Assembly: GCA_965219415.1 (NCBI GenBank)
Contig: OZ244742.1
Span: 256,001 to 320,000 of the forward strand
Source of the DNA: Candidatus Marinacidobacterales bacterium
GTDB lineage: Bacteria; Acidobacteriota; Vicinamibacteria; Marinacidobacterales; DATDRI01
Reading direction: 5' to 3'
DNA length: 64,000 bases
This document shows positions 1 through 9,757 of the stretch, in pieces. The notes beneath the pieces were generated by a model. That model had not been told where the DNA came from and searched no databases. It saw nothing but the letters and a program-made list of their open reading frames with translations. Positions within the stretch are counted from its first letter, which is position 1, and every line of letters begins with the position of its first letter. Made by a program: the position numbers and the translations under genes.

Positions 1-513
1 CTGGGCTCCTATATCCAGTGGGACCGAAAGCTCGACGGGCGCCTAGCGCAAGCCATTCTGTCCATCCCCGCGATGAAGGCCATGGGTTTCGGACGCGGCG
101 TCGATTCGGCGTCCACCTCCGGGTCCGCCCTTCACGACGAAATCTTTTACTCGCCGTCGAAAGGGCTACACCGAGGCAGCAACAACGCGGGGGGACTAGA
201 AGGCGGCGTAACGAACGGTCAGGAGCTCCGGATAAGGGCCTATATGAAACCGCTTTCGTCGCTGCGGAAACCGCTCCGATCGGTCGATATTCGAACCATG
301 AAGCCGATCGAGGCCGCACGCGTTCGTTCAGACATCTGCGCGGTTCCTGCTGCCGGCGTCGTGGGCGAGGCGATGGTGGCGCTAACGCTCGCCGATGCCG
401 CACTCGACAAGTTCGGTGGCGATAGCTTAGCCGAAACGGTGGGGAACCACGAAGCTCATTTACAACGCATCGAACAAATCCTTAAGGAACGGGAACACGT
501 CGACAAAAGCTAG
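1..513 (+). CDS. aroC: chorismate synthase, 5' end outside window
   Basis: Frame open from base 1: LGSYIQWDRKLDGRLAQAILSIPAMK...SNNAGGLEGGVTNG...YMKPLSSL...RSDICAVPAAGVVGEAM, the AroC C-terminal signatures. Confidence 0.95.
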   Translation: MGSYIQWDRKLDGRLAQAILSIPAMKAMGFGRGVDSASTSGSALHDEIFYSPSKGLHRGSNNAGGLEGGVTNGQELRIRAYMKPLSSLRKPLRSVDIRTMKPIEAARVRSDICAVPAAGVVGEAMVALTLADAALDKFGGDSLAETVGNHEAHLQRIEQILKEREHVDKS

Positions 514-592
514 GTTCCCGTTCCTGCCGGCCCGTCAGGGCCGCCGGCCGCGAGGAATTGCGCAGGCACAAAACCTAGGTTCCCGTTCCTGC
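485..592. repeat. 25-bp direct repeat plus a 12-bp inverted repeat at the aroC/def boundary
   Basis: ACAAAA(G/C)CTAGGTTCCCGTTCCTGC at 503-527 and 568-592 (24/25 identical). AGGAACGGGAAC at 485-496 is the exact reverse complement of 514-525 and 579-590. Confidence 0.85.
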
Positions 593-601
593 AGCTTACC
601 C

Positions 602-1114
602 ATGGCTATTAAACCCATTCTCAAGTACAGCGCTCCCGAGCTCGCAAAAGCCTCCAAGCCACTCGCGGAATTTCCGGACTCCCTCGAAGAGCTCGCGCAC
701 GACATGGTGCAGACCATGTACGCGGCACCCGGCGTCGGGCTCGCGGCTCCACAAATCGGCCTCAACATCCGTCTCATGGTCATCGATACGTCGTCCGGCG
801 AAGACCCCGAGGCGCTCGTTGTCATGGCCAACCCCGAGATATTGGAGCAGAAGGGCGAACAAAACGAAGAGGAAGGCTGTTTGTCTGTCCCCGGTTACCA
901 CGGCGTGGTGGTGCGACCCGAATGGGTCAAGGTCAAGGGTCAAGACCTCAAAGGCAACGAGTTCACGAGGGAAGGCACGGAGCTTCTGGCGCGGGCCTTT
1001 TGCCATGAAATCGATCACCTCAACGGCAAGCTGTTCATTGAAAGACTCGGAGTCCTCAAACGAGATTTGATCAAGCGAAAGATCAAGAAGCAGATTCGCC
1101 AGGGCGCCTGGTAG
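602..1114 (+). CDS. def: peptide deformylase
   Basis: GVGLAAPQIG, EGCLS and HEIDHLNG motifs; directly upstream of fmt. Confidence 0.97.
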   Translation: MAIKPILKYSAPELAKASKPLAEFPDSLEELAHDMVQTMYAAPGVGLAAPQIGLNIRLMVIDTSSGEDPEALVVMANPEILEQKGEQNEEEGCLSVPGYHGVVVRPEWVKVKGQDLKGNEFTREGTELLARAFCHEIDHLNGKLFIERLGVLKRDLIKRKIKKQIRQGAW

Positions 1115-1129
1115 CCCCTTAGGTTCTGC

Positions 1130-2062
1130 ATGAAGCTACTCTTCATGGGCTCCGGCCGCTTCGCCGTGCCCTCCCTCCGCGCCCTACTCGACTCCCCGCA
1201 CCAGGTCTTGGCTCTCTTCACACAACCCGACAAGCCGGCGGGGCGCGGCCATGAGCTTCGGTCGCCCGCGACTAGAGAGTTCGCTTTGGAAAAATCGGTT
1301 CCGGTGTATCAACTCAAGAAGGTTCGCGAACCGGAAACCGTCGCGTTGATTCAAAGCCTCACTCCCGATTGCATCGTGGTAGCGGCCTACGGTCAGATCA
1401 TTCCGAAGTCGATTCTCGATATTCCCAGCAAGGGCATCATTAATGTCCATGGCTCCATTTTGCCCACCTACCGAGGCGCGGCGCCCATCCAATGGGCCAT
1501 CGTTCGAGGGGAGACGGAGACCGGCATCACGACAATGCTCATGGACGAGGGGCTCGATACTGGAGCCATTCTTCTTCAAGAGAAGCTCTCCATCCAGCCG
1601 CACGACACCAGTCGAACCTTGGAAGACAAGCTCGCCCAAGTGGGCGCCGATCTCATCCTAGAAACACTCGGACGATGGGAAGCCGGAAGCATCGCACCGA
1701 TTCCGCAGGACAATGCGCGCGCCACGCTGGCGCCGCGCATCAAACAGGTCGACGCGTTAGTCAACTGGAATCAAACCGCCGTCGAGATCGAGCGCGCCCT
1801 CCGAGGGTTCATTCCGTGGCCGGTAGCGCACACCACCTTGGGCAGCAAGAAAATCAAGTTATGGAGCGCCGCGGTTGCGCCTTCAGGGGAAGGCGCAACG
1901 GGGGAAACAATTTCTATGGAGCCTGAAGGCATTCTCGTCGGGTGCGGCGGTGCAACACGACTGCTCCTGGTGGAGCTCCAAGCTGAGGGCAAGAAGCGTG
2001 TGGCGGCGGCGGCGTTCGCGCGAGGCCAACGTCTATCGTCCGGTGACCGGTGGGGCGAGTAA
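1130..2062 (+). CDS. fmt: methionyl-tRNA formyltransferase
   Basis: FMGS, TQPDKPAGRG, INVHGSILPTYRGAAPIQWAI and MDEGLDTG motifs. Confidence 0.97.
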   Translation: MKLLFMGSGRFAVPSLRALLDSPHQVLALFTQPDKPAGRGHELRSPATREFALEKSVPVYQLKKVREPETVALIQSLTPDCIVVAAYGQIIPKSILDIPSKGIINVHGSILPTYRGAAPIQWAIVRGETETGITTMLMDEGLDTGAILLQEKLSIQPHDTSRTLEDKLAQVGADLILETLGRWEAGSIAPIPQDNARATLAPRIKQVDALVNWNQTAVEIERALRGFIPWPVAHTTLGSKKIKLWSAAVAPSGEGATGETISMEPEGILVGCGGATRLLLVELQAEGKKRVAAAAFARGQRLSSGDRWGE

Positions 2063-2249
2063 CATCAGGCCTCGAGGATCTTTCCCTTAACCAGCTCGGG
2101 ACCAGAAAGATCGGGCCCCATCGGGGCGGAGAAGTTCGGCAGCTTGATCCCCAAAAGGTCGCACACGCGCGTACGCAACATGGTCTCCTTCCTTCCTCTG
2201 GGACACGGCACCTTGGTGTATTGCGCGCCGTGCTACATACTGACAGGCG

Positions 2250-3131
2250 ATGTGGAGAAGGGTCTATTGGCTCGGTGCAGCCATCGTCCTCGCGGCGATC
2301 GTTTCCTACGCGACTCTACTGCTGCGCGCACGTCTCGTGCCGGAGCACGCTTTTTTCGAATCGGAGGGACCGCTGGTCGTCGCGCATCGTGGCGGAAGCG
2401 CACTCTGGCCGGAAAACACCCTACGCGCTTTTCAAGCGGCGACGACTCTCGGTGTGGATGTTTTGGAAATGGACCTCCATAGTACGGCCGATGATGTTCT
2501 AGTTGTTTGCCACGACGCATCACTCGACCGAACCACCAATGGGGCCGGGGCCATCCGGGAACAGACGCACTCGAAGGTTCGGGCGCTCGACGCCGGCTAC
2601 CATTGGACGAACGACGGAGGCGCAAGCTACCCCTTCCGAGGTAAAGGCTTCCGCGTTCCAACCTTGGAAGAAGTGTTCCAACGATTTCCGCACATGAGGT
2701 TGAACGTCGAGATCAAACAAACCAGCCCTGCACTGGCTGCTCCACTTTGCCAAATGATCCGGGCCTACGGGATGGAAGAAAGGGTGCTGGTCGCGTCGTT
2801 CGAGCCTTCCACAATGAGAGACTTTCGCTCCAAATGTCCGGAAGTCGCGACCTCAGCCACCGCGCCGGAAATTCGAATGTTCATGTGGATGCGCAAACTC
2901 CGTTTAGGAAACCTCTATCGGGGCGCAGCGGAGGCCTTCGAGGTGCCGCCACGCCTCGGAGATCTCGAGATCGTGACACCACGATTCCTTCGCGAATCCC
3001 GAGGTCGGAACATTCGCGTTTACGTGTGGACGGTGAACGAAGAGAACCAAATGAGGCGGTTCGTCGATCTTGGAGTCGACGGCATCCTGACCGACAACCC
3101 CGACCAATTGTTAGACGTCCTCGGGCGCTGA
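2250..3131 (+). CDS. glycerophosphodiester phosphodiesterase (GDPD/UgpQ-like) with N-terminal membrane anchor
   Basis: AHRGG...PENT, ExD (LEMDL), CHD, NVEIK, WTVN and GILTD motifs. Confidence 0.92.
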   Translation: MWRRVYWLGAAIVLAAIVSYATLLLRARLVPEHAFFESEGPLVVAHRGGSALWPENTLRAFQAATTLGVDVLEMDLHSTADDVLVVCHDASLDRTTNGAGAIREQTHSKVRALDAGYHWTNDGGASYPFRGKGFRVPTLEEVFQRFPHMRLNVEIKQTSPALAAPLCQMIRAYGMEERVLVASFEPSTMRDFRSKCPEVATSATAPEIRMFMWMRKLRLGNLYRGAAEAFEVPPRLGDLEIVTPRFLRESRGRNIRVYVWTVNEENQMRRFVDLGVDGILTDNPDQLLDVLGR

Positions 3132-3170
3132 GCGATAGCCTCTACGGAAGGAAGCGGTACACGCTGCTAG

Positions 3171-4897
3171 TCACGCCATCGTTTTGAGTATCTGTACGGT
3201 CTGGCTGGCACCGGCTGTTGGGGCTAGAGCGGTAGTCGCGACGCCCGAGACTACTTTGGTGATGTTGTCATCTACCTTGCCCGCTTGGCTCCAAGTGTCA
3301 CCGGTGGGAGCCGTGATGTAAATCGAGAAAGTATGGTGGCCCGTGCCGGGGCGTTCGCCGATGACGTGCAGGATGGCGCGGGGTTGCTGTAAGTCCGCGA
3401 ACAACGTTTCGCCGATGCGGTAGCCGGCTCGCACTCGTCCCGACGTGAGGACAATCTGTTCAGGGGCTGCTTGATAACCCTCACGGGCAAGTTCGTCGTG
3501 CAGCTTTTTAAGAAACGGCCCAAGATGACCTTCGTCCATGATCGCCAGCGCATTCAATCCGTCCGACAACACGAGCTGGACATTATAGCGGCCATCGTAC
3601 CGCTGGCGTAGCGCACGGAGATTCTCCACCGACGCATTTAGCAGTCGTTCGCCGGTTTCCGGGTGCAGGATGTAATCCGTGCGGTCGCCGGATCGGGTCG
3701 CCAGTCGGAAGACATCGGGGATGGCGGCGATGAAGGCCGGTTCGAGTTCGGTCCAAATGCTTTCCTTCGCATCGGCGTAGATGCGGTGTATGTCTCGTTC
3801 CAGCGCAGGTCCGAGTTGCCAAGATGTCCTTCCGTGGCCTTCGGCGATGAAAACCCCGCGGCTGCGCACGGCTTCGAGTTGCGACTTACCTTCCGCGAGG
3901 ATTTCATCGTCGCGGCGCGAATCGCCCTTCCTGCGATGATACTTTAGGAACACCCACAGCGGGTCGCCGAAGTGGTCGGTGGGACGACCGCTCGAGTCGA
4001 TCACTTCCAACTGCTGGAAGAATTGCCACATCCGATCATTCACTTTGTATCCGAACCGCTCCCGTAGGCGGACGTGATCCTGATAGCCCGTCGTAAGGTA
4101 ACCCAGCATGGGATCGATCTTGGTGGGCAGGGCCATCAGGTATGCGGGGTTGGCAGGCATGACTTCGGCGAGACACCAGTCGAGATCGTCGAGCGAGATG
4201 TCCATGTGCAACGTCGCGCAGACGTCCAGCCCAATGCACAGGCCGTGCAGCTTGCCCATGACGACGTCTTCCAGACAACATCGCACCAACTGTTCGCGCG
4301 TGCGGAAGACCTCCGGGCCAATGAATCCGGCCACGTCGTTTAAATGCACCCAGGGTCGGAACGGGCTGCCCTCGCGAGCCTGTGCCTCCGCCACCTTCTG
4401 CGTCAGGGCCCGCGCGAAACCATACTTGCGCGACTCGTGAATCACCATGTCATAGTCGTGGCTGTGGCCGTTGGTGAAATCGGCGCCTTGACCGGTCTCG
4501 AAGTACAGTCCAAAACGTCCCGTTCGCGTGTCCGCGTATTTCAGCATCTTTTCCAAGCTGATGTCGAAGGTCGCGTTGCTCGTGTCGCTGCCGGCGATGC
4601 TTTGAAACCACAACGCGGTGCTGCCGGGCCGTTCCCGTTCGACTTCGGCTTGTACGTCGATATGTGACAGCACGCAATGCGGCATCGCTTCGTCAATCTC
4701 GAAGGTGACAAGCAGATCCTGCAGCGTCTGCTGGATCGCCTCGACGGATCGCGGGGTTCACTGGAGACGGGATTGGTGCCGAGTACCACGTCGCCCACCG
4801 CGTAGGCCCAGCCGTCGAAGACTTGCCAACGAATGTCGTCGACGTTGTCGGTCGGTGAGTTCGGTTGGATGCGGGCGCCCAGATAGCCTCTGGCCCC
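3171..4897 (-). pseudogene. eutB: ethanolamine ammonia-lyase EutB-EutC fusion, N-terminus missing, one frameshift near 4750
   Basis: EutB motifs ARIQPNSPTD, GDVVLGTNP, LYFETGQG, NDVAGFIGPE, LEDVVMGKLHG and DPMLGYLTT, followed in frame by EutC motifs SDGLN, GRVR and IGERPG. Confidence 0.85.
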
Positions 4898-5313
4898 ATC
4901 ATAGTTGGGCTCATACTTCGGTAGCTCCGCAGCGCGCGAGAAATAGACTTCGACGTTAGGGTCTCGTTCGGTGAATATCATTTCCAGAGGCGCGATGAGC
5001 GGGCTCAACTCGTCAACGGCTCGACGCAACGCATTACGGTCGTCCTCGCTTGGCCTGCCGAGCGTCCTAATGCGAAGCGGCACATTCCATTTGCGGATGT
5101 GGTAACGATTGCCGCTTTCTCGGCGGAAGGCCACATTCAGGAAGTATTGTATGGTCCTCTCTGGAAATGCATCGCGCGCACCGTTTCGTACTTTCGTCTG
5201 TCAGGGTGAAACGATTCGCCGGTAATCTCGGGGCCTGAAGGATAGAGAAACTCTAGAGCGACGAAAGAGAGCAGCAAAACAGCGAGGAGGGCTTGGGCCG
5301 CGTTCCTTTTCAT
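4898..5313 (-). pseudogene. N-terminal fragment of an exported DUF2927-like protein (frameshifted, truncated)
   Basis: ATG at 5313 gives a signal-like MKRNAAQALLAVLLLSFVAL. After a frameshift it reads QYFLNVAF..E....IRKWNVPLRI...EPNY, then switches abruptly to EutB sequence. Confidence 0.5.
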
Positions 5314-5505
5314 CGTGAGTGCAGGTGGGCTCGTAATGCAAGCTCTTGTTCCTTTATTCCCACACCCCGGTAAAGACTGTGGGCGTCAAGGAATGTCGTG
5401 CCACTATTCATTGAGTCAGACGCCGGGTGAGGGGGTCAGACAAGCCGGGGAAACCCTTGGCGCTGCGCGGCGGCGCGGTGCTTATCGAGATGAGTTGGAA
5501 CGGCA

Positions 5506-8027
5506 CTAGGCGTCGTCCTTCGCCTCCTCGTCCTTCGCTTCGTCACCGTTCTCGCCCTCTCGGTCGTCCTTATTCGCCTCTTCGTCACGCCCCTTTGCCT
5601 GCAGCTCCTTGATTCCCTTGGTCATTTCTCGCAGTCGGGACTCGACTCGTCCGTAGACGGAATCCTCCGGGAACAAGCCCTTCTCGTCCCGCTCTCCCGC
5701 CGGCACTCCGCCAAGTATCTCGATCCCTTCCTCGATCGTGCGAACCGGGTACACGTGGAACTTACCGGTTTCGATGGCCTCGACCAAATCCTTCCGCAAC
5801 ATTAGATCGTTGACGTTCGAGGCGGGAATAAGAACGCCCTGCGTTCCGGTGAGGCCGTTGATGCGGCACACGTCGAAGAAACCCTCCACCTTCTGGTTCA
5901 CACCACCAATGGCCTGCACTTCGCCCTTCTGGTTCACCGAGCCCGTGACGGCAAGGTCCTGACGGAGCGGAATCTCGGACAGTGAGGAAAGAAGCGCATA
6001 GAGCTCGGTGGAAGAGGTGCTGTCTCCATCCACACCGCTGTAGCTTTGCTCGAAGGCCACGCTCGCCGAAAGGCTAAGCGGGCGGCGGTGCGCAAACTTG
6101 GCTCGGAAATAGCCGGCCAAGATGAGCATGCCCTTGTTGTGGGTTCGGCCGGAAAGGTCGGCCTCGCGCTCGGTATTGATGATGCCCCCGCGGCCAGTCG
6201 CCACTGCGGCGGTGATCTTGGTGGGGTTCCCGAATCGGTAGTCACCGGGGTCGTAAACGGACAATCCGTTCAATTGTCCGACGCGGTCTCCGTCAATATC
6301 GATCATGAGTATCCCGTCGCGGATCAGTTCGCGGATCTTCGTCTCCATGAGACTCAAACGATCGATACGCTCTCCAACGGCTCGATCGACGTGCTGTTGC
6401 CGAACCACCTCGCTGCCCCCCTCGTGCGCCCAAAAACCCGACTCACGGATCACGTCCGCGACGTCGCTGAAACGGGTGCTCAATTTGTTCTGGCGGCCGG
6501 CGAGCCGAACGCCCTGCTCCACCACCGCCGCTACCGCGCTCCGATCGAAGGGAAGGATTTGCTCCTTCTCGGCCATCCTCGCCACGAACTCCGCGTAGCG
6601 CTGCACCGCCTTGTCGTCACGCTCCATGACCGTATCGAAGTCGGCCTTTGATCTTGAAGATTTTTCGAAAGTCCGGATCCAAGGAATAGAGGGCCTGGTA
6701 AGAATGCGCGTCCCCCAGTAGCAGTACCTTCACGTCCACCTCGATCGGCTCCGGTTTCATCGCCGTCGCGGCGAAAAACATCGGGTCGTATCCCTGAATG
6801 TCGACCTGATCATGTTTGAGGGTACGCTTCATCGATTGGTAGACACCGGGTTCGGAAAGCATGTCGAGCAGCGATATGACAAGATAGCCGCCGTCGGCGA
6901 GGAGAAGACCTCCGCCTTGATGCGCGTAAAATCAGTTTGCGACTGCCCTGCACGATCCCAACTGCGCTCGATAGTACCGAAGAGGTTACGGTACGTGGGG
7001 TGGTTCTCGATCACGATGGGCGCCCGCTTGGCTGCGGAGTTATCGACCAATAAATTGACGCGATACTCGAGGTAACGATCTCGCTGCCCCTGTAGCAGGC
7101 TGGCCAACTCAAGTTGTTTGCTTCCCTCCCCGTCGTCACGTTGTACGAAACTCTCGAGATTCTCGAGCAAGTGGTGGCGCACGTTTTCCAAGTAAGCATG
7201 AACCGTTTCGCCCTCGTATTTCGTTTTCAACTCGTCGATCCGAGGCGTCACGAGCTCGAATCCGAATCCGAAAATCAGAGCCTTGAAGGCTTCGCCAATC
7301 TGTTTTTCTATCTCTCTCGCCTGCTTCAGGACGTCTTCCAGTTCCTCCCCCAGCGTTTCCTGCGCCTTTTCGATTCGCTCGAACTCCTCTCGGGCCAAAT
7401 TCCCCTGCGCCAACATCTTTTCGAGCTCTGCTGCAGAGCGCGGCTTTCCTTCGACCAAGGGAGCGATTTCCGTCTTGTTCATGGGCCCGAACCGAATCTC
7501 GACGAGGACGAAGTTCTCCTTTTTGATGCGCTCTTCGAACTCCCGGATGAGCTCCCGCCCCTTTTTGGCCTTCCGTCTCCATCATTTGGTTGCGCCGCGT
7601 TTGGAACTCCTCCGACTCGAGCACCGCCGGCACTGTCCGGTCCAAGTACTCGATGAGATCGCCCATGTCCCTGCGCAACGAGGCGCCCTTGCCAGCCGGG
7701 AGGTAGAGGATCAACGGCCGGTCGGCGTTGTCGAAGTTGTGCACGTAGCACTTGTCCCCAGGAATGTTGGAACCGGTCGCCACCTGCTCGAGGATGCACT
7801 CCACGGTCGTTTCTTTGCCTGTGCCGGTGAGACCTTGGACGTAAATGTTGTAGCCGCGCGAGGGGACGGATAGTCCCAGTTTGATGGCTTTGATGGCTCG
7901 TTCCTGGCCGATGATATCCGTGGCACAGGGGACGTCTTTAGTCGTCTGGAAGCGGAAGGTCTTCCGGATCACACCGCCAGCGCAGCTTCTCGATGGGAAC
8001 TTCAGGGAAAGATCTCTGCTCCGGCAT
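5506..8027 (-). CDS. Lon-like (LonB/LonC type) AAA+ protease, split by at least four frameshifts
   Basis: IIGQERA, Walker A GLTGTGKET, CYVHNF, NPTYRNLFG-like, FEQSYSGVDGDS(T)S and IGGVNQKVEGFF spread over ORFs 5506-6627, 6617-6862, 6829-7482 and 7136-8035. AGGAGG SD lies ahead of ATG 8027. Confidence 0.88.
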
Positions 8028-8149
8028 CCCCTCATCCTCCTTTACTAAGTTGGGGAACGATATGCTAGCACCTGCGCCCAGGTTTGAATAGACTCCTAGG
8101 GCACTAGCACTGGAGTCTCGGGCCCGCGGCATCTCGCCCGAACGACAAC

Positions 8150-9505
8150 ATGAAGAGAGAAAAAGACCCACGTGATCCGTCGCCCGCCCGCTCGGCGGCC
8201 TTTAGCATCTTGACCGACGTCGCGCGGAAACGCGCCGCACCGAGCGCCCTCCTGCACGAAGGTCCTTCCCGGGCGCTAAGCCCCGCCGACACCGATCTGC
8301 TCACCGAGCTCGTTTACGGAGTTCTCCGCTGGCAATCCTTGCTCGACCACATCATCGAGTTTCATGCACGCCGGCCCAGTTCCAACATCGATCGTCCTCT
8401 CCTCATCGCTCTTCGTATCGGCCTGTATCAGATCCGTTTTTTGAGCCGAGTGCCAGAGCGGGCCGCGGTCGACGAGGCCGTGAAATTGGCGCACGCCTTC
8501 GGGTCGGGTGGAGGCTCGAAGCTCGCAAACGCGGTGCTGCGAAGTATCTGCCGCGGACGCGACAAGCCGCAGTTGCCGCGCAAGCAAGACGACGCACTTC
8601 GTTACCTCGCGGTGACTCTGTCGCATCCACCGTGGCTCGCTCAGCGTTACTTGTCGCGTCTCGGGCTCGATAGAGCGGAGGCCCTCTGCCTTCGCAATAA
8701 TCGTCGCCCGCCCACCGACCTGCGTGTCGAGCCAGCCTTTGATCTCGAAACGGCACAGGTGGCGCTGGGCCAAGAAGGGATCACCACCTCTCGCTTCCCG
8801 ATTGCGCCTCGCTGCCTGAGGGTTAGCTCGGGCAAAGCGACGGCGAGCAAGCTCTATTCGACAGGGGCAGTCTTTATCCAAGAGGCGGGCTCCCAACTCA
8901 TTCCGTATCTCCTTGGTGCCGAGCTCGGTGCCCACACTCTGGACGCCTGCGCCGCGCCGGGCGCGAAAGCCACCGAGGTCGCACCTTGGGTAAGACCCGG
9001 CCTGTTGTTCGCCGTCGACCAGCGGCCCACCCGCCTGCGACTCTTGACTTCGCTCGCACGACGCTTGGGGTCGCCGAACTTGGTTCCGATCGTCGCCGAT
9101 TCCCGTTCTTTACCGTTCCACAATTTTTTCGAACGCATTCTGCTCGACGCGCCCTGCTCGAGCGTCGGAACCTTGGCACGCAATCCCGACATCAAGTGGC
9201 GCCTGCAGGAGACAGACCTGAGGTCGCACGCCGCGACGCAGGGTCAGTTGCTCGACTCCTGTGCCGCGCAGCTCGGCCCCGGAGGAAGAATCGTCTACGC
9301 CACGTGCTCGACTGAACCCGAAGAGAACGAAGAGGTCATCGAGAGCTTTCTGTCACGCCACGCCGGTTTCATCGCTGCCGAGCCTCCTGCGACGTTGCCC
9401 CGCGAGGCGCGCCACTTGATTGGGCCAGACCAAGCATTGAGGACAGAACCGGGAAGAGACAACGTGGACGGCTACTACGCCATCGCCCTTACAAAAACCG
9501 CGTAA
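8150..9505 (+). CDS. rsmB: 16S rRNA m5C967 methyltransferase RsmB/Sun
   Basis: NusB-like N-domain (ELVYGVLR), DACAAPGAK, ILLDAPCS and YATCS..PEENE motifs. Confidence 0.95.
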   Translation: MKREKDPRDPSPARSAAFSILTDVARKRAAPSALLHEGPSRALSPADTDLLTELVYGVLRWQSLLDHIIEFHARRPSSNIDRPLLIALRIGLYQIRFLSRVPERAAVDEAVKLAHAFGSGGGSKLANAVLRSICRGRDKPQLPRKQDDALRYLAVTLSHPPWLAQRYLSRLGLDRAEALCLRNNRRPPTDLRVEPAFDLETAQVALGQEGITTSRFPIAPRCLRVSSGKATASKLYSTGAVFIQEAGSQLIPYLLGAELGAHTLDACAAPGAKATEVAPWVRPGLLFAVDQRPTRLRLLTSLARRLGSPNLVPIVADSRSLPFHNFFERILLDAPCSSVGTLARNPDIKWRLQETDLRSHAATQGQLLDSCAAQLGPGGRIVYATCSTEPEENEEVIESFLSRHAGFIAAEPPATLPREARHLIGPDQALRTEPGRDNVDGYYAIALTKTA

Positions 9506-9622
9506 GCGGACGCTGGCGGCAAATCAAAACCGCCGCCTGGCCACCGCCGTCTCGCCACGTTTTTCTTTGGCACAGCGTATTTTGACGGCCAAACACCTGC
9601 ACGAGAAAGCATGAGTCTAACC

Positions 9623-9676
9623 CTGTCCATGCTGTCCATGCTGTCCATCCTGTCTAATGTCTTTGACTTTGACTTC
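9623..9676. repeat. short tandem repeats (CTGTCCATG about x4, then TTTGAC x2)
   Basis: CTGTCCATG CTGTCCATG CTGTCCATC CTGTCTAAT at 9623-9658, followed by TTTGACTTTGACTT. Confidence 0.8.
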
Positions 9677-9757
9677 GAAGTGGTTTCAGCGGACGCGCGG
9701 GCCAAGTTAGAATGGAGAGGTGCTGAAAACGCTAAACGGGAGGAGCCTGGAACGCGA

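Noticed and set aside
503-592. Mini-CRISPR (25-bp repeats with a 40-bp spacer)
   Set aside because: Only two copies, the first overlaps the aroC stop codon, and there are no cas genes or leader.
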